Shown one piece after another: positions 39,001 through 52,354 of a DNA stretch of 64,000 nucleotides. The notes under the pieces were generated by a model. It was not told the origin of the DNA, searched no databases, and was given only the letters and a program-made list of their open reading frames with translations. Positions within the stretch are counted from its first letter, which is position 1; every line of letters begins with the position of its first letter. The stretch spans positions 1 through 64,000 of the forward strand of contig NIVC01003030.1 of assembly GCA_002269645.1 (NCBI GenBank), given 5' to 3'. Source of the DNA: Macrostomum lignano. Taxonomy: Eukaryota. The translations under genes and the position numbers were made by a program.

Positions 39001-42000
39001 TGCCTGGCGCCACCTTTGTCAAGTCGAAGATGGCATCAACGCCGAACCCAGTCGACTCCGTGTCGGCCGTTGGCACCCGCATCTCCTGGACGCTGGCGGC
39101 TGTGGAATCGTCAGCAACTAGGCGCAAAGAGTCGGCCGCACTGGGCGAGAAGGCCTGCTTGCAGCTGTGGTGCACAGTATAGGTCACCCGCAGGCGGCCG
39201 GGCCCGCGGTACTCGAAATCGGCCGCGATGGTCACCGGCGATCGCTGCCTCTCGGCAAAGATTTTCACCGGGTCGCTGTAGCCCACTGGGCAGTTCTTCT
39301 TGACGCTGAAGTACACCAGCCGGTACAGCCCAGTCTGCAGGCTTGACGGCAAGTCCAACGTGGCGTCGACGCCGAAGTCCGTGTCCTCCGTATCCGTAGA
39401 CGGCGCGTACACCCTGGACAACGCTGAGGCGAAGTCCGGCAGCGAGTCCTCGAACAGGCCCAGCCAGTCCCAGCTGTCCGGCTGGAACCGCTGCTTGCAC
39501 TTATGGTTGATCCGGTAGCGCATCTGCAGCTTACAGTTCTCCTTATGGTGCACGCGATACACCGGATCCGTCTCCATGACAACCGGCATACGCGGCGCCT
39601 TGTCGAATACTTTCAGCTGGTACAGCGAACACACTGGCCGATGGTCGGAGGTTTTGTACTGCGGCAGATGGCGATACCACTGCTGATCGATGCTGAGCAC
39701 CAGGTTCTCAAAGTTGTCCTCGTTTATTAGGTGCAGAATCCGGTCTGTCCAGGCTGGCTTGCGCTGCTTGGACGAGGTGTCGTACCTGAAATCGTGTGAA
39801 GCCTTTGGTTAGAATTTGAAGCCTGTGCCTAGGATAGGAAATAAACCCAATTCTGTCAGGTGGGATAGGAAATCAACAACCCATTTGGGATGCAGCAAGC
39901 GTAAATGGAACCCTTACCTGTCCGTATTCTTATCGAATTTGTATGTTGGCGGAAAGTTTATCTGTCCCTCGTGGAAGCGAGCAAATATCAGGCCAGCATC
40001 CTTGCTAACCATAAGCTGGTCGTGCTTCATCAATTCTGCGTAGCTCTTCTGCTCAACCTTTCTCAATACGAGGTCATGGTCCAAGTCGTTGATGCGAAAG
40101 TTCAGATCGCCAATCCAGAACACAAAGTCGTGATCAAGCAGCTTCTCAACGTCGGTATCCTTGAATTTCTGATTGTCAATGATGTCCATGAAGTCTTCAA
40201 TTCGTTCGTGATTCTCCGTGATGTGTGCAGTGAAATGCGCGTTCACAATGATGAAGTTGACACCATACAGATCCATGCGGATGCTGACGCCGCCTTTGTT
40301 GCCCTGGAATGGCGGTGCGTTTTAGAGTCCGGGGGAGGCAAGAGTCCGGGGGAGAGGCAAGATTCCGGGGGAGAGGCAAGAGTCAGGGGGAGGCAAGAGT
40401 CAGGGGAGGGGCAAGAGTCCGGGGGAGGCAAGAGTCAGGGGAGGGGCAAGAGTCAGGGGGAGGCAAGAGTCAGGAGAGGGGCAAGAGTCCGGGGGAGGCA
40501 AGAGTCCGGGGGAGAGGCAAGAGTCCGGGGGAGAGGCAAGAGTCCGGGGGAGGGGCAAGAGTCCGAAAGAGGGGCAAGAGTCCGGGAGAGGGGCAAGAGT
40601 CCGGGAGAGGGGCAAGAGTCCGGGGGAGGCAAGAGTCCGGGGGAGAGGCAAGAGTCCGGGGAGAGGCAAGAGTCCGGGGGAGGGGCAAGAGTCCGAAAGA
40701 GGGGCAAGAGTCCGGGAGAGGGGCAAGAGTCCGGGAGAGAGGCAAGAGTCCGGGGGAGGCAGGAGTCCGAAGGAGGCAGCTGACCGCAATATTTTAGAGA
40801 TAAATCAGCAGTGCATGGAATTTTTCAGACACCTTGACCACCATTTTCACTGGGGGGGGGGGGCAGCTCCTTTCCTACATGAGACCTTCAGCATGCGCCA
40901 CCAAGCTAGCTCACCAGGACTCCGCCGTAACCAGACCTAGTGACCTCGGACTCGATGTTCTGCACAGCAACCAGGTGTTTACGCATCACAAACACGAACA
41001 GGTGAATGGCCCACAAGGAGCGCTGTTTCACCAGAACGTAGCCGCGTGGCAACAGAACCCGGCGAAATGAGTCCAGCCAATCGGTCTCTTTCTTGGCTTC
41101 TTGCAGTCTGCAGATCAAGGGAAATGAAAGAAAACAAGTAAATTATTTGGGCGTGGCTGATAATCTAGTTAGACCAGGGGTTAGTAAACTTTTTTACCTT
41201 AAAGGCCAGATAAAGAGATGAGAGGAGAAATGGGATGAAATATGGGTTGAAAAATGAGAGATGAGAGAAGAGAGAAGTGAGGATAGATGAAATAAGAGCC
41301 GAGAAGAGACAAAAGCCTTGAGCAGGCCAGATGGGGAGGCTTTGTGGGCCGGAGTTTTCTGACCTGAGTTAGACTAATAGGGGATTTTTATAAATTGGAA
41401 AAGTGGTAAATTTAAAGAACCACATAAGCTTTTTCTTGTAGACCAAATATAAAAGTACAAATTTCTAAGAAAACTCACCCAATGGCCACCACATCTGGTT
41501 GGGCATCTGTATGCTGATTCAGCAGCTCTTGGAGATTGTCATTAGGTGGACCTTTGTCGCCAACATTCCACGTGACCAGGTACAAGCTAAGGATAAAGAA
41601 AAGGACATGGAATAAGTGGTGGAATTTTAATTTTAGATAAATTAGAAAGAAACATTGTTTATAATATAACAATAAAAATGATAGACTAAATATTATTCAA
41701 TATCTACTAATGCCTTGGATAATAAACTAATAGATTGAAAGTCTCATTCTTAAAATATTTCAAGCTAGTGTTCTGCTATAATTATGGTTGACGGTCATTT
41801 CGTCTGCCGCCAGTTCGTCTGCCACCCTTTTGTCTGCAAGAATACAATACAATCGTTTCGTCTGCCAATGAATAGTAAAGTTTTAATAAGTGTAAGTATG
41901 TCAGTTGTTGTCATTAATTTGAGATTTGAGATATTTGAGATAACAGTGATTAAGATTTCGGGAACATTTCTTAGTAGTAATGACTTAAATGAGTAATTTG

Positions 42001-44114
42001 CGAATATTTTTGTTTATATTTAATAAACTATGCAATTTGAACGAATTCAATGCATTTTCGTCATGATATGGCATGACACCATACTATCTCTTAACTGTCT
42101 CAAAGCTTCAAAGCTCAAAAGCAATTAGTCGAGTTAGAATTATTTTACTTATTAGAATTAGTTTACTTTGTATTGGGCAATACCGAAGATTCAGTGTATT
42201 TAAATGCACAAAGTGTATAGCAGCAGTAAGAATGTACATGTTACTATATAAAAGAATAATATGAATAATATGAACAACATGATAGCAAACAATGCAGTTG
42301 TCCATAAAAATTTGATTGAAATACAAACTAAAAATGCTTGAATTATTTGACTTCCAGTTACATGTGCACAAATTATAAATCCCATTCATAGCTCACTACG
42401 TAGATTCAATTAAAGCTTATATATGGATAATTGTATTTCTTGGAAACATTGCAATAAGCAAAATAAAAAATACAAAGACTACACCTAATTCTAAATCTGA
42501 AAATAACTAATTAATTCTAACTATTAAAAATAAACTATAAATTAATTTCAGCTATTTATAAAACTTATTTTGCTGCTTATTTTAAAAAGTCATTTTGTTT
42601 GCTGGCAGACAAAAAGGTGGCAGATGAAATGACTGCGCACCATAATTATAACTATAACTATAGAATTCTAGGGCAACAATGGTCAAGTCAAAACTCATAG
42701 GAGGAATCCCTAAAATGCTATAACTTGACAGGCTTAGGGTTAGGGTTTGATTATTCATAGGAGATTCATAGGAAAGTTGCTAAGACATCAAGGCATGGGA
42801 GAATTACTGAAATGCTGTGGCTTATTATGAGGGTTGCTAGGATGCTTTGAACCAAATCTCATAGGGTAGCTGACATCTTAGGTTAGACTTTAAACTACTT
42901 ACTTTCTATAAACATTGACAAATTTTCATGACTAGGCTAAATTAAATAGTACTAGAAGCGGGTGCAGCCCATTTCGGCGAAGGAATTTTTGGCGAAAGAC
43001 GCTTCGGCAAAAGTGAATTTTAAGTTTCAATTGATGTACATTTTGGCGAAAGAAAGTGACCAGTTTGGCGAAAAGATGGGCTACGTATATATTGCAAATA
43101 TACCACTTTGGTGATTGAAGCTTTTAATAAATTTTCATTGCTGCAAATTATTTACAATTAGAAAATTTTAAAACTAATGACTTAGCTTGTAGCAATGTTA
43201 TGTACATGTACGCGATATGCAGTCGATAGATTAGGGATGATGACGGTGTGGTTTTTCAGATTATCTAGGCTCCTAAAATCGTACTTTGAAATTCTGCCGT
43301 AATGGATGGGCATCTAATAAAACAACTCAATTAAACTGCGACAAAACAAAACCTGTCACGATAAAATTAGTCTTTATAAATTTTGTACTTTTTCTTTTTA
43401 ACTTTCTTCTAAAACAAAAAACTTTTCAGCAAAGCTTGGAATAAATTTTTCGCCAAAATGGTCTGCTTTAGACGAAATGGTCATTGCGAAAGTATTTTTC
43501 GCTGTTATTGACTTGCCCCAAAAATTCTTTCGCCAAAGTAGGTTGAAACCCTAGAAGCATATCATGATGCTTGGTCAAAGTGAAATTATATTATTTTGTA
43601 TCATTATTGAAATAAGTAAGAAAAATGGTTAATTGTAACAAAAATAAATTGACATTTTAGTTTTTAAAAATAAGTATTATAGTTTTTTAAATTGGAAAAA
43701 TAATTAATGTATTAATATTTAGCCAATATAGCTAGTCTTGAAGGATAGAGGCAAATCTTTAATTATTTTGATATGTTAATTTATAAGTAAAAATATATTA
43801 GTGTATGTATAAATTAAGACTAATTTTAAGCATATATTCTATATTTGACTTAGACTAAAGACTTCATTTTAGTAAGACTATTGCATAAGAATGTACAACT
43901 TTTTAAAATAAAAAATGCATTTTAATGAATAGAAATAATTATTAAAGCGACAAAAATCGAGGCACAAATTACCACAGCATAAAAACATCAACCTAGTGCT
44001 GCTAGTGCACCATGCCATAGGCATAGTGGTGGTCAAGTCACTAGTCTGTAGACAATTTTATCATTACAATATATAAAAAAATTATACTACTCACCTTACA
44101 CATCTATTTGCCAT
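36084..44114 (-). CDS. INPP5K: Inositol polyphosphate 5-phosphatase, INPP5K/J (SKIP/PIPP)-like, with two SKICH-like domains; exons 44114-44095, 41586-41479, 41107-40915, 40303-39918, 39785-38921, tentative last exon 36113-36084
   Basis: LVTWNVG, DVVAIG|LQE, GNKGGVSIR, NAHFTAH, FWIGDLNFRI, EGQINFPPTYKFD, KQRKPAWTDRIL, SDHRPV, then the SKICH motif WDWLGLF..YRLVYFS..GYSDP. All splice phases are consistent. The last exon (ITWSVGSEV*) is inferred from the acceptor CTACAG only. Confidence 0.9.
36291..38738. repeat. 28-bp satellite (GGCCCAGCAACTGAGGATCTGGGAGGCT) with a 980-bp higher-order duplication, in the last INPP5K intron
   Basis: Identical ORFs recur at offset 980 (37331/38311, 37494/38474). 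Confidence 0.96.
40325..40775. repeat. 19-20-bp purine-rich minisatellite (GGCAAGAGTCCGGGGGAGAG) in INPP5K intron 3
   Basis: Visible directly; about 22 units. Confidence 0.93.
41175..41366. mobile_element. hAT Charlie/Buster-type (MER58-like) MITE, 192 bp; 8-bp TSD AGTTAGAC
   Basis: CAGGGGTTAGTAAACTTTTTTACCTTAAAGGCCAGATA...GGGCCGGAGTTTTCTGACCTG. The TSD is identical on both sides, with the central TA typical of Buster targets. Confidence 0.82.
41786..42641. mobile_element. 856-bp non-autonomous TIR element; GG termini; 8-bp TSD ATAATTAT
   Basis: GGTTGACGGTCATTTCGTCTGCC..CTTTTGTCTGC versus GCAGACAAAAAGGTGGCAGATGAAATGACTGCGCACC; TSD at 41778-41785 and 42642-42649. Confidence 0.78.
42960..43550. 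mobile_element. 591-bp non-autonomous TIR element; GG termini; 8-bp TSD CTAGAAGC
   Basis: GGGTGCAGCCCATTTCGGCGAA versus TTCGCCAAAGTAGGTTGAAACC; repeated TTGGCGAAA subterminal motifs; TSD at 42952-42959 and 43551-43558. Confidence 0.78.
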
Positions 44115-45245
44115 GCTTATTTTTATAAACTAACTTAGCCTCAAAGCAATGTTTATCACACCCTGGACCCAATCCACGGTGTTCTATCACCAAGAGCGAC
44201 GATGGCAGGCAGCCAGCAGGCCTAAAAGTTTTCAGCTTTATTTCCTGGGTTATTTTCTGTTTAAAATTAGCATAGCTCGATAATCAAGAAAGAAAACAGG
44301 AAGAGTTTAATAATTGATTGGTAATATAAGATTACACTTTTATAGAATATGGCTAAATAATTACTTTTAAACTAGATATCAGTTTGTTTTAACGAATAAA
44401 AACATTCAGAGTCGCGTTTAAATGCTGTTTTAATTGTAATACGAAGTACAAGTAGATGCTGAAAAGCATTTTGCGCATCGCAGATTTGCGAGACTGTTTT
44501 TGGCTTTGGCTTTAAAGTTTTTATAAGACTCATTACAAAAAAGCGATTACAAAAGGCGCGGCCAGACTATGCATTGCTTGTAGATGCAATTTGTCACGTG
44601 TAAATTACTGGTAAACTGGTCAACGAACTAAAAATGGCGAGATTTATAGTATATATAATATACATGGTGCACTATTAAAACTTTCGGTTTTTCTTATTTT
44701 GAATGCTTACACGAGCGCGCACTTAGTACATCGAGGAAGAAGCCCGACGGTAATAAAACATTGATAGCTTTGCACTGGTTAATCGGGTATTGTTCTTTCG
44801 TTTTAAGAGCTGATATGACTCCATTTATCCCAAAGTAGCCATCTTGGTATAAACGACGTTGAAATAAAAATTAATCGACAACACAGACAGAACCAATCGC
44901 AGATGTAATCCAGAAAATACAATTGGAATATCCGCTGTTCGGAACTTCGGGGTTATATTTTTCATTCCAATACCGAATAGGAATACAATCATCTAGAGGC
45001 AGAGTTCAAGCACCAACAGTACCACCTTAGAGAAGCTGTGCATCTAACCAGAAGCCAGGCATTTGAAATTAATTTTCACTTTAATAAATGCCAGAGATAC
45101 AAAGATTAGATCAGTCACAAAAATCACGGATCAATTTGAGAGCAAAATGCCAAGAGTTGTTACGAAGTGCAATAAAAAAATCATCACCAAAAACCCCAGT
45201 CAATGATTTGTTTTTAAAAAGTAAATTGCAAGAATATCATAGTTT

Positions 45246-48200
45246 TCAAAATGCGGCATTAACAACTTCAAACCATTGTCGCAAGGCCTCGCTAAGCACG
45301 CTGGGCAATTGAGCAATATCCCTAACCACCAGGTAGAATGGGAACGGGAACAGGTCCAGGTAGGGCACCAAGGTTACCCGTCTGGTGCCCTGAGCGTCGC
45401 GTACAAACTGCTGCGATCGAATGTCGTACACCGAGGCCCGGCCAGCCGGACTGTCCAGAATGACGCAGACGGGGAAAATCCGGGCCTCCCTGGCCAGCCG
45501 GAGGCAGCGCTCCACGCCGGGGTGCATGTGGTCAGAGAAGGTGCCATCAGTCAGCACTAGCAGGAGTTGGGCGGCGCTGCTAGTGCGAGACTCGGCCAGC
45601 AGCTGGGTGGCCAGCGGCAGCAGCTGCAATGGCGGGGGAGAACCGAACGCACATGTGCACAGTATTAACTTGAGAGGCTGCGGAACTAACAAAGGATAGG
45701 GGATTAGCGCCGATTCTAGGGGTCAGTGGGGCTAGGGAGAGGGTAGCGCCGTCCCATTGACGCGTCGAGCAACAAGGTTGAGGGGAGGGGAGGGTGCCGC
45801 CATCCCGTTAAAGCATCGAGCAACAGGGTGGAGGGGAAGGGAGGTTGCCGCCATCCCATTAAAGCATCGAGCAACAGGGTTGAGGGGAGGGGAGGGTGCC
45901 GCCATCCCATTAAAGCATCGAGCAACAGGGTGGAGGGGGAGGGTGCCGCCATCCCATTAAAGCATCGAGCAACAGGGTGGAGGGGAAGGGAGGGTGCCGC
46001 CATCCCATTGAAGCATCGAGCAACAGGGTGGAGGGGAAGGGAGGGTGCCGCCATCCCATTAAAGCATCGAGCAACAGTGGAAGGGGAGGGGAGGGTGCCG
46101 CCATCCCATTAAAGCATCGAGCAACAGTGGAAGGGGAGGGGAGGGTGCCGCCATCCCATTAAAGCATCGAGCAACAGTGGAAGGGGAGGGGAGGGTGCCG
46201 CCATCCCATTAAAGCATCGAGCAACAGTGGAAGGGGAGGGGAGGGTGCCGCCATCCCATTAAAGCATCGAGCAACAGTGGAAGGGGAGGGGAGGGTGCCG
46301 CAATCCCATTAAAGCATCGAGCAAGTCAAGCAATTAAAGCATCAACGCATGGGAGCATCCAGCAGCATGGAGAAGGGTAGCGCCATCCCATTAAAGCATC
46401 GAGCAAGTCGAGCAATTAAAGCATCAACGCATGGGAGCATCCAGCAGCATGGAGAAGGGTAGCGCCATCCCATTAAAGCATCGAGCAAGTCGAGCAATTA
46501 AAGCATCAACGCATGGGAGCATCCAGCAGCATGGAGAAGGGTAGCGCCATCCCATTAAAGCATCGACGATAGACAATGTACAAACCTGCATCAGTTTGGT
46601 GTCAGCCTGCTGGAAGGTGAGCCTGGCCGCCACGCCGGCAGCCGCCTCGGCGGTGAAAGGCTGATCCAGCGGATGGAGCAGCTCGGCCGGTTTGGCGCCG
46701 AATTTACAAACGGCCAGCTGGCCGGACTCGATGGTGTTCAGTGCGCCAGACAGCACGGCTAGCGAGTCCACGGTGAACTGGTCAGCTCGGTTGGCCAGCA
46801 TCGACTGGCTGTCGTCTATGGCCAAAAGCACCTTGACGTTGAAAAAGACAGACGGCAAATATCGACAGGTGACAAGTGGAGAAATTTTAATACACACTCG
46901 TAGTTAAAAGGGAACTATTATATTATAACTTTTACGAGCTAGAATGTAGGGATGCAGCGGCAATTAACGTCAAAATATCCGGAATCGATGATTCTGTGTG
47001 CGATCAAATAAATTTAGAAAAGGTGACTCTGGAAGACTCTAAAACGACGAGATGACACAGTACAAGTCGCCAGAAACTCATCTAAGAGTCGTCTTAAGAG
47101 TCAATTTGAGGCGTTTTATTGCCTGCGACTTTGATCGAAACGACTCTGGGGCGACGGTGTAACGACTCTGGGGCCGTAGAGCTCTACTAGTCGTATTTGA
47201 GGCGTGCTGCAGTCGTTAAAAAGTCGTTAAAAAGCCAAAAGAGCTGCCCCAGAGTCGCTAGAGTCACTAGTGAGTTGTCTAACTAGTTACTTTTTAGCCA
47301 TTCTTGACTGCCCCCGATTTGATAGACACAACTTGACCAATATCTAAGACCTATCCCTAACCTAGCCTGCAATTCAACCCACATCAAATATCCGCTAGTT
47401 TGGCCTACAACAAGAAAAAACCAATTCAAAAGCCGACCTGATACTCCCGCTTGCTGGGCTTGCACCTGCGCAGCCAAATTCGATCTTTGCGCATCTGGCT
47501 GGCCACGTAGGGCACCAGTTTGCGCATGTTGAGCCGACGGCCGCTTCTATAATCGCCCTGCAGCCTGGCCGCTCTAGTCGGCTGTAGCACCGCGCGCAGC
47601 TGCTCGGCCAGCTGGCGGCTCAGCGACTCCGTCCGGCGTTGACACTCTGTCCAGGCTATCAGGGCGGCAGTTGCAGGCGGCCCAGTCGTTGACAACGCCA
47701 TCTGCACCGGCGGCTGCGTTTGCAGCATCGACGGCGTGGCCTCCTCTTGGCGACGTCCTCCGGACAGTTGATCGACGATCGCCGAGGTGAAGAAGGCCGG
47801 CCCGCGCTCCGCCTGCGCCGTGGCCAGCAGATCTTCTGGCCGGCTGGGTGTCGGCGGCTCCGGCGTGCCCGGCGGCGACTCCTCGGCCAGATTGCCGTCC
47901 GGCCGGAGCTCCGAGCGTCGGTTTCGCTGTTGAAGCGGCTTCTGCTTGGACTGCTCAGCTGGCTGATCATCTGCATCGGGTTCCAGCCTCTCTAGCTGCT
48001 CTTTGTCCTTAGCTGTCGTGTCTTCGTCCTGCTGATCGTCATCAGAGCCCAGACGAGCCCGATTGTGGTCCCGACCGGCGCTGTCCAGAGCTTCAGCGTC
48101 TTCGGTCGGCTGTTCGGCCTCGTCATCTCGCGGCGCTAAGTGCTGGTACGTGTCCGCCTCGGTGCCTTCGTGATCCTCATCATCGGCATTGTCGTCTTCC

Positions 48201-51200
48201 TTACCGGCCTCCACCAAATTGGCTCGCCGTTTCGACTTTGAATCGTCGGCATCAGCCCGATCGACGTTGGTTCGCCGATGCTGCGCCTCCTCGGCCTCTG
48301 GACGTCGTCGTCGACGACTTTGTCGCTGCTGCTGCTGCTGACGGTCAGCGCCGTCTTGGCTGTCCGGTTGGCGCCGGCGCCAGCTCTGACTGTCCGGCTG
48401 GTTGTCGTCGTCGTCTCCAGAGTCTGGCGCGGTGTCGTTTGCCGTCGTCGACTGCTGGCAACCGGTGGCGTTTGAAGAATCCAACGACCGCTGCTGCTGC
48501 TGCTGCTGCTGACTGTGCGACGCTGCTGACTGTTGTTGCTGCTGCTGCGAGCTGGCGCCTTGGCCGCTGCCTCCGTTCGCTCCTGTGGCATTGGCTTCTC
48601 CATCAGCCTCTTCTGTAACCTGCTGCTGCTGTTGCTGAGTGTCAGCGTCCGTAGAGTCTGGCAGCCAAGCGTCTTCTTGTTCCTGCCGCTGCTGATCAGC
48701 CTCGGACTCCGCATCATCATCTGCGTCCATTGGCTCCGCTTTGGCGTCACCCTGCTGCTCATCTTCATCCTGGCCATCGTTGTCAGCTTCCTTCTCATCG
48801 TTGCCGCGTTCGTTGTCGTTGTTGTTGTCGCCGTCGCCGTCGCCGTCATCGCCCTCAATTTGGCCTTCGGGCATTTCAAATAGCGGCGCCTCCTCTTCGG
48901 CCGCCGCCGCCGCGGACTCGTCCGGCAAAGCGGCAGCGCCGTCTTCGTCCATCGGCTCCTCTGCTTCATCATTCTTCTCAGCTTCCTTCTCGCCTTTCTT
49001 CTTTGCCGGCTTTTTCTTCCTGTCTTCTTCCTCATTGGCGGCATCGCCCGGCTTGGATTGCTGCTGCTCGTTCTCGTCGACTCCCACTGCGGAGGCCTCC
49101 TGCTCCTCGGCCGCCACCCCAGGCCCGCGCTCCTCCCGCTTCTTTTTCTCCTCCTCGTCGGCCCCGCCCTCCTTGTCGTCCTCGCCTTTCTCGTCATCCT
49201 CTTCGCCCCAGAAATTCCTGTCGATGTCGTCGGCCTCGGCGTCTCCCAAATCGGCCATCTGCCGGTCCAGGTCCTCCTCCGCCTGGTTGTCCTCATCTTC
49301 GCCATCCCGCTGATTGTCTTCATCCTTCGTCTTGTCCTTGTCGTCAAACATGGGCGCATTGAAATTGTCGGACATCTCGACACCGTCTGGCTGCTCCTGG
49401 ATGTCCTTCTGTTGATCCTCATTGTCGCCTTCTTTGTCGCCTTTCAAGCCTTCTAGCTGATCCTCGGATTCAATCTGTTCGCTGACATCTGTGGCGCCTT
49501 CGCCTTCGCCGAGACCGCCGCCGGCGACGTCTTTGAATTGGCGGCCATTGGCGCTGTCGGCGGCCGCTGAGCTGTCGTCCTCTTCGGCGAATGGCGGCGG
49601 ACGGCAATAGCCGTTGGCTAGGAGGTCGTGGAACACCGAATTGAGCACAGACCAGAGCTGGGCCAGGTGGCGCAGAGCCGCCAGCCCGGACGCCAGGTAA
49701 GGTGCGTACAGGTGCTGCAGGAAAGCTATCAGTGGCTCAGAAGCAGCCTTAGCGGCGTTGAAATCTTCAGTTGGCGAGCAGTCGATCAGGTCTACAAGGC
49801 GATCGGCCGCTGCTAGCAGAGACGGCACAGTGAGAGTGCGGTCCAGGCTGAATAAAACCGTCAGCGGGGCAGCGACAGACAGCTGGCGGTCAGCGGTGTC
49901 CGAGTCTTCATTACAGCCTTGGTCAGCCTTGGCCAAGGCCTGGGAGCAGGACAGCACGGATTTAACCAGCGCCTCGGCGCATTCAACCATCGAAGCTGAG
50001 CTGGTTGAACAGCAGCTGGGTGACTGTTCCGCAACTGAGCCATTCTCGACTTCGCCAGAGGCCGCCTCGATGGCGTCAGCTATGCTGTTGAACGGATTAA
50101 CCAGCACCTGGCCGTCCGCTGGGCGGCGGTGCAGCTCGGCCAGCTGGCGGAGAGCGCCAGGCAGCCAGCCGGCGAGGTTGTTGTCAGGCGGAGGCCGCAG
50201 CAGCTCGGCAGCCGCTGACGGCCTGGCGTAGGCGGGACAGTCGCTGCCGTCGCCTTGGCATCCCGCCGTCCCCGCCGCCGGCTGCAGCCCGGAGAAGTAC
50301 TCGGCCCACTGGCTGGCCGTCGAGTTGCAGGCGGCTTCGAGACGACGAAGCGACAAGCGTCGGCGCGGAGTGACCGGCGCAGCGGCGGCGGCCTCGGCAG
50401 CGGCGGCCAGCCGGACGAAGCTGGCCGCGTGCCTGGACAGCAGGCGGCAGAGATCGGCTAGCAGGCGTTGCAGATGAAGCGAGAAGCCGTCGCAGCGCTC
50501 GATGCCGTCCAGTCCGAGCTCCTTGGTGCAGGCGCCGCCAGTCAGCGTTGAAGTCATAGCCAGGCGCCTGTGCATTCCGCGCAGCAGATGCTGGCCAGCG
50601 TGGCTGCAATTTTAATAAACAATAGTAGCTTCAATCTGACTGGAGCCAAAAAATACACAAGCTCGAAACTCAACAAGCTCGAAACTCAACAAGCTCGAAA
50701 CTTGACAAGCTCGAAATTTGACAAGCTCGAAATTTGACAAGCTCGAAATTTGACAAGCTCGAAACTTGACAAGCTCGAAATTTGACAAGCTCGAAACTTG
50801 ACAAGCTCGAAACTTGACAAGCTCGAAATTTGACAAGCTCGAAACTTGACAAGCTCGAAATTTGACAAGCTCGAAATTTGACAAGCTCGAAATTTGACAA
50901 GCTCGAAACTTGACAAGTTTGGAAATTGACAAGCTTTAAAAGTCTCCCTGGTGGACTCATTTCGAGAATATAAAATTTTCGAGCTTGTGAGGCCACCTTC
51001 TCTTTTAGATTCCAGTTCACTGGAGCTCACCAATCGCGCTGATGAAATGAGGCAAAGCTGAACAGCAGGCAGCGGTGCTCATCCAGACTGCTCAAAGCAG
51101 CCAGCCGGCCTTTGCGATAGGAGAGGCCGGCCTGTTGCAGTGTCTTGAACAGGTCAGACAGGGCCTTGCGCTTCAGACGCTGGATTTGGCTGGCCTGACG

Positions 51201-52290
51201 CTCGTAGCGCTCTCTGCTGTCGGTCTGAGGATTAGCGAGCCAGATAACTAGCCAATTAACCTGCCCAGACTCGCAGATTGAAAAAATAACTCCTAGTTTA
51301 CGTTGACATTGTTCGAAATAAACTCGGTTAAGCATCCCATAGTAACCTGAATCCCACACCCACTAACTGATATACCCAAACCGACCACCTGATAATCCCA
51401 CACCCACCGCGGATAATCCCACACCAACCACCTAATAATCCCAAACCCACAAATCCAACATCCTATCACCTGGTAATCCCACACCCACTAATCCCACATC
51501 CCATCACCTGATAATCCCACACCCACCAGCAAATAATCCCACAAGATTAGAAAATTCCTCACTCACATAAAAACCCACCCATACTGAAGTCCCACAATGA
51601 GCAGCATAAAATCCTGAAACAGCCACCAACTCCCTCACTCCTCTACTAACCTGCTCCGGTGCCATATCCCGAAGCTGCCGACTAGATTCAACAATGCGCT
51701 GGCAGAGTTCGGCCACGCCGCTCACGGATGACGTCACCGCTGCGGCAGCTTCCGACGCAGCCGAAGTCGGCGCCAACCTACGAATTCGTTCGGCCAGCTG
51801 CGGACTGCGTGGCAAAAATTCCGCTTCAAATTTCGCTAGCTCGCTAGATACTACGACAGTAGTAGGCTTGGCAAGTTCCGCTGTCAGTTGGGTTGCAAAA
51901 TGGGCCACTTCGTCGCCTTCGCTCAAGTCGATGTCGCTATTTGTACTTTTATGATTAGCCGACTCCGGCAGGGTGAAACAGCCGGCTGAAAGGGCGGACT
52001 CGCGCAGCAGCTCCTCCAGCTGTTTGACGGCCTTTAGCACCGCCCGATGCGACCGATCCACTGAGGCCCGCACCGACCAGAAGTTCATGTCGCTCCATTT
52101 TACTATTTTAATAAAATCCTACAATCCATGTTTTTAAGAGGTAAAATTTATTTCAACAATTTAAAATTGTGCAGAATAGAAAGATAAAAAGCGCAGAGAG
52201 ATAGGAAGATATAAGAGAGATAGAGCCGCAGTGAGAGGGAGATAGGAGAGGTAGACCCAAACAAACAGAGAGAGATAGGATAGGAAGATC

Positions 52291-52354
<64 letters not shown>

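Noticed and set aside
42735-42750. TTAGGGTTAGGGTT as an interstitial telomere
   Set aside because: Only two units, with no associated structure.
46990-47290. Cluster of GACTCT/AGAGTC motifs suggesting a MITE
   Set aside because: Termini and TSD could not be defined.
47720-50461. Multiple plus-strand and alternate-frame ORFs over the large MDN1 exon
   Set aside because: Antisense or frame shadows of a GC-rich low-complexity coding exon.
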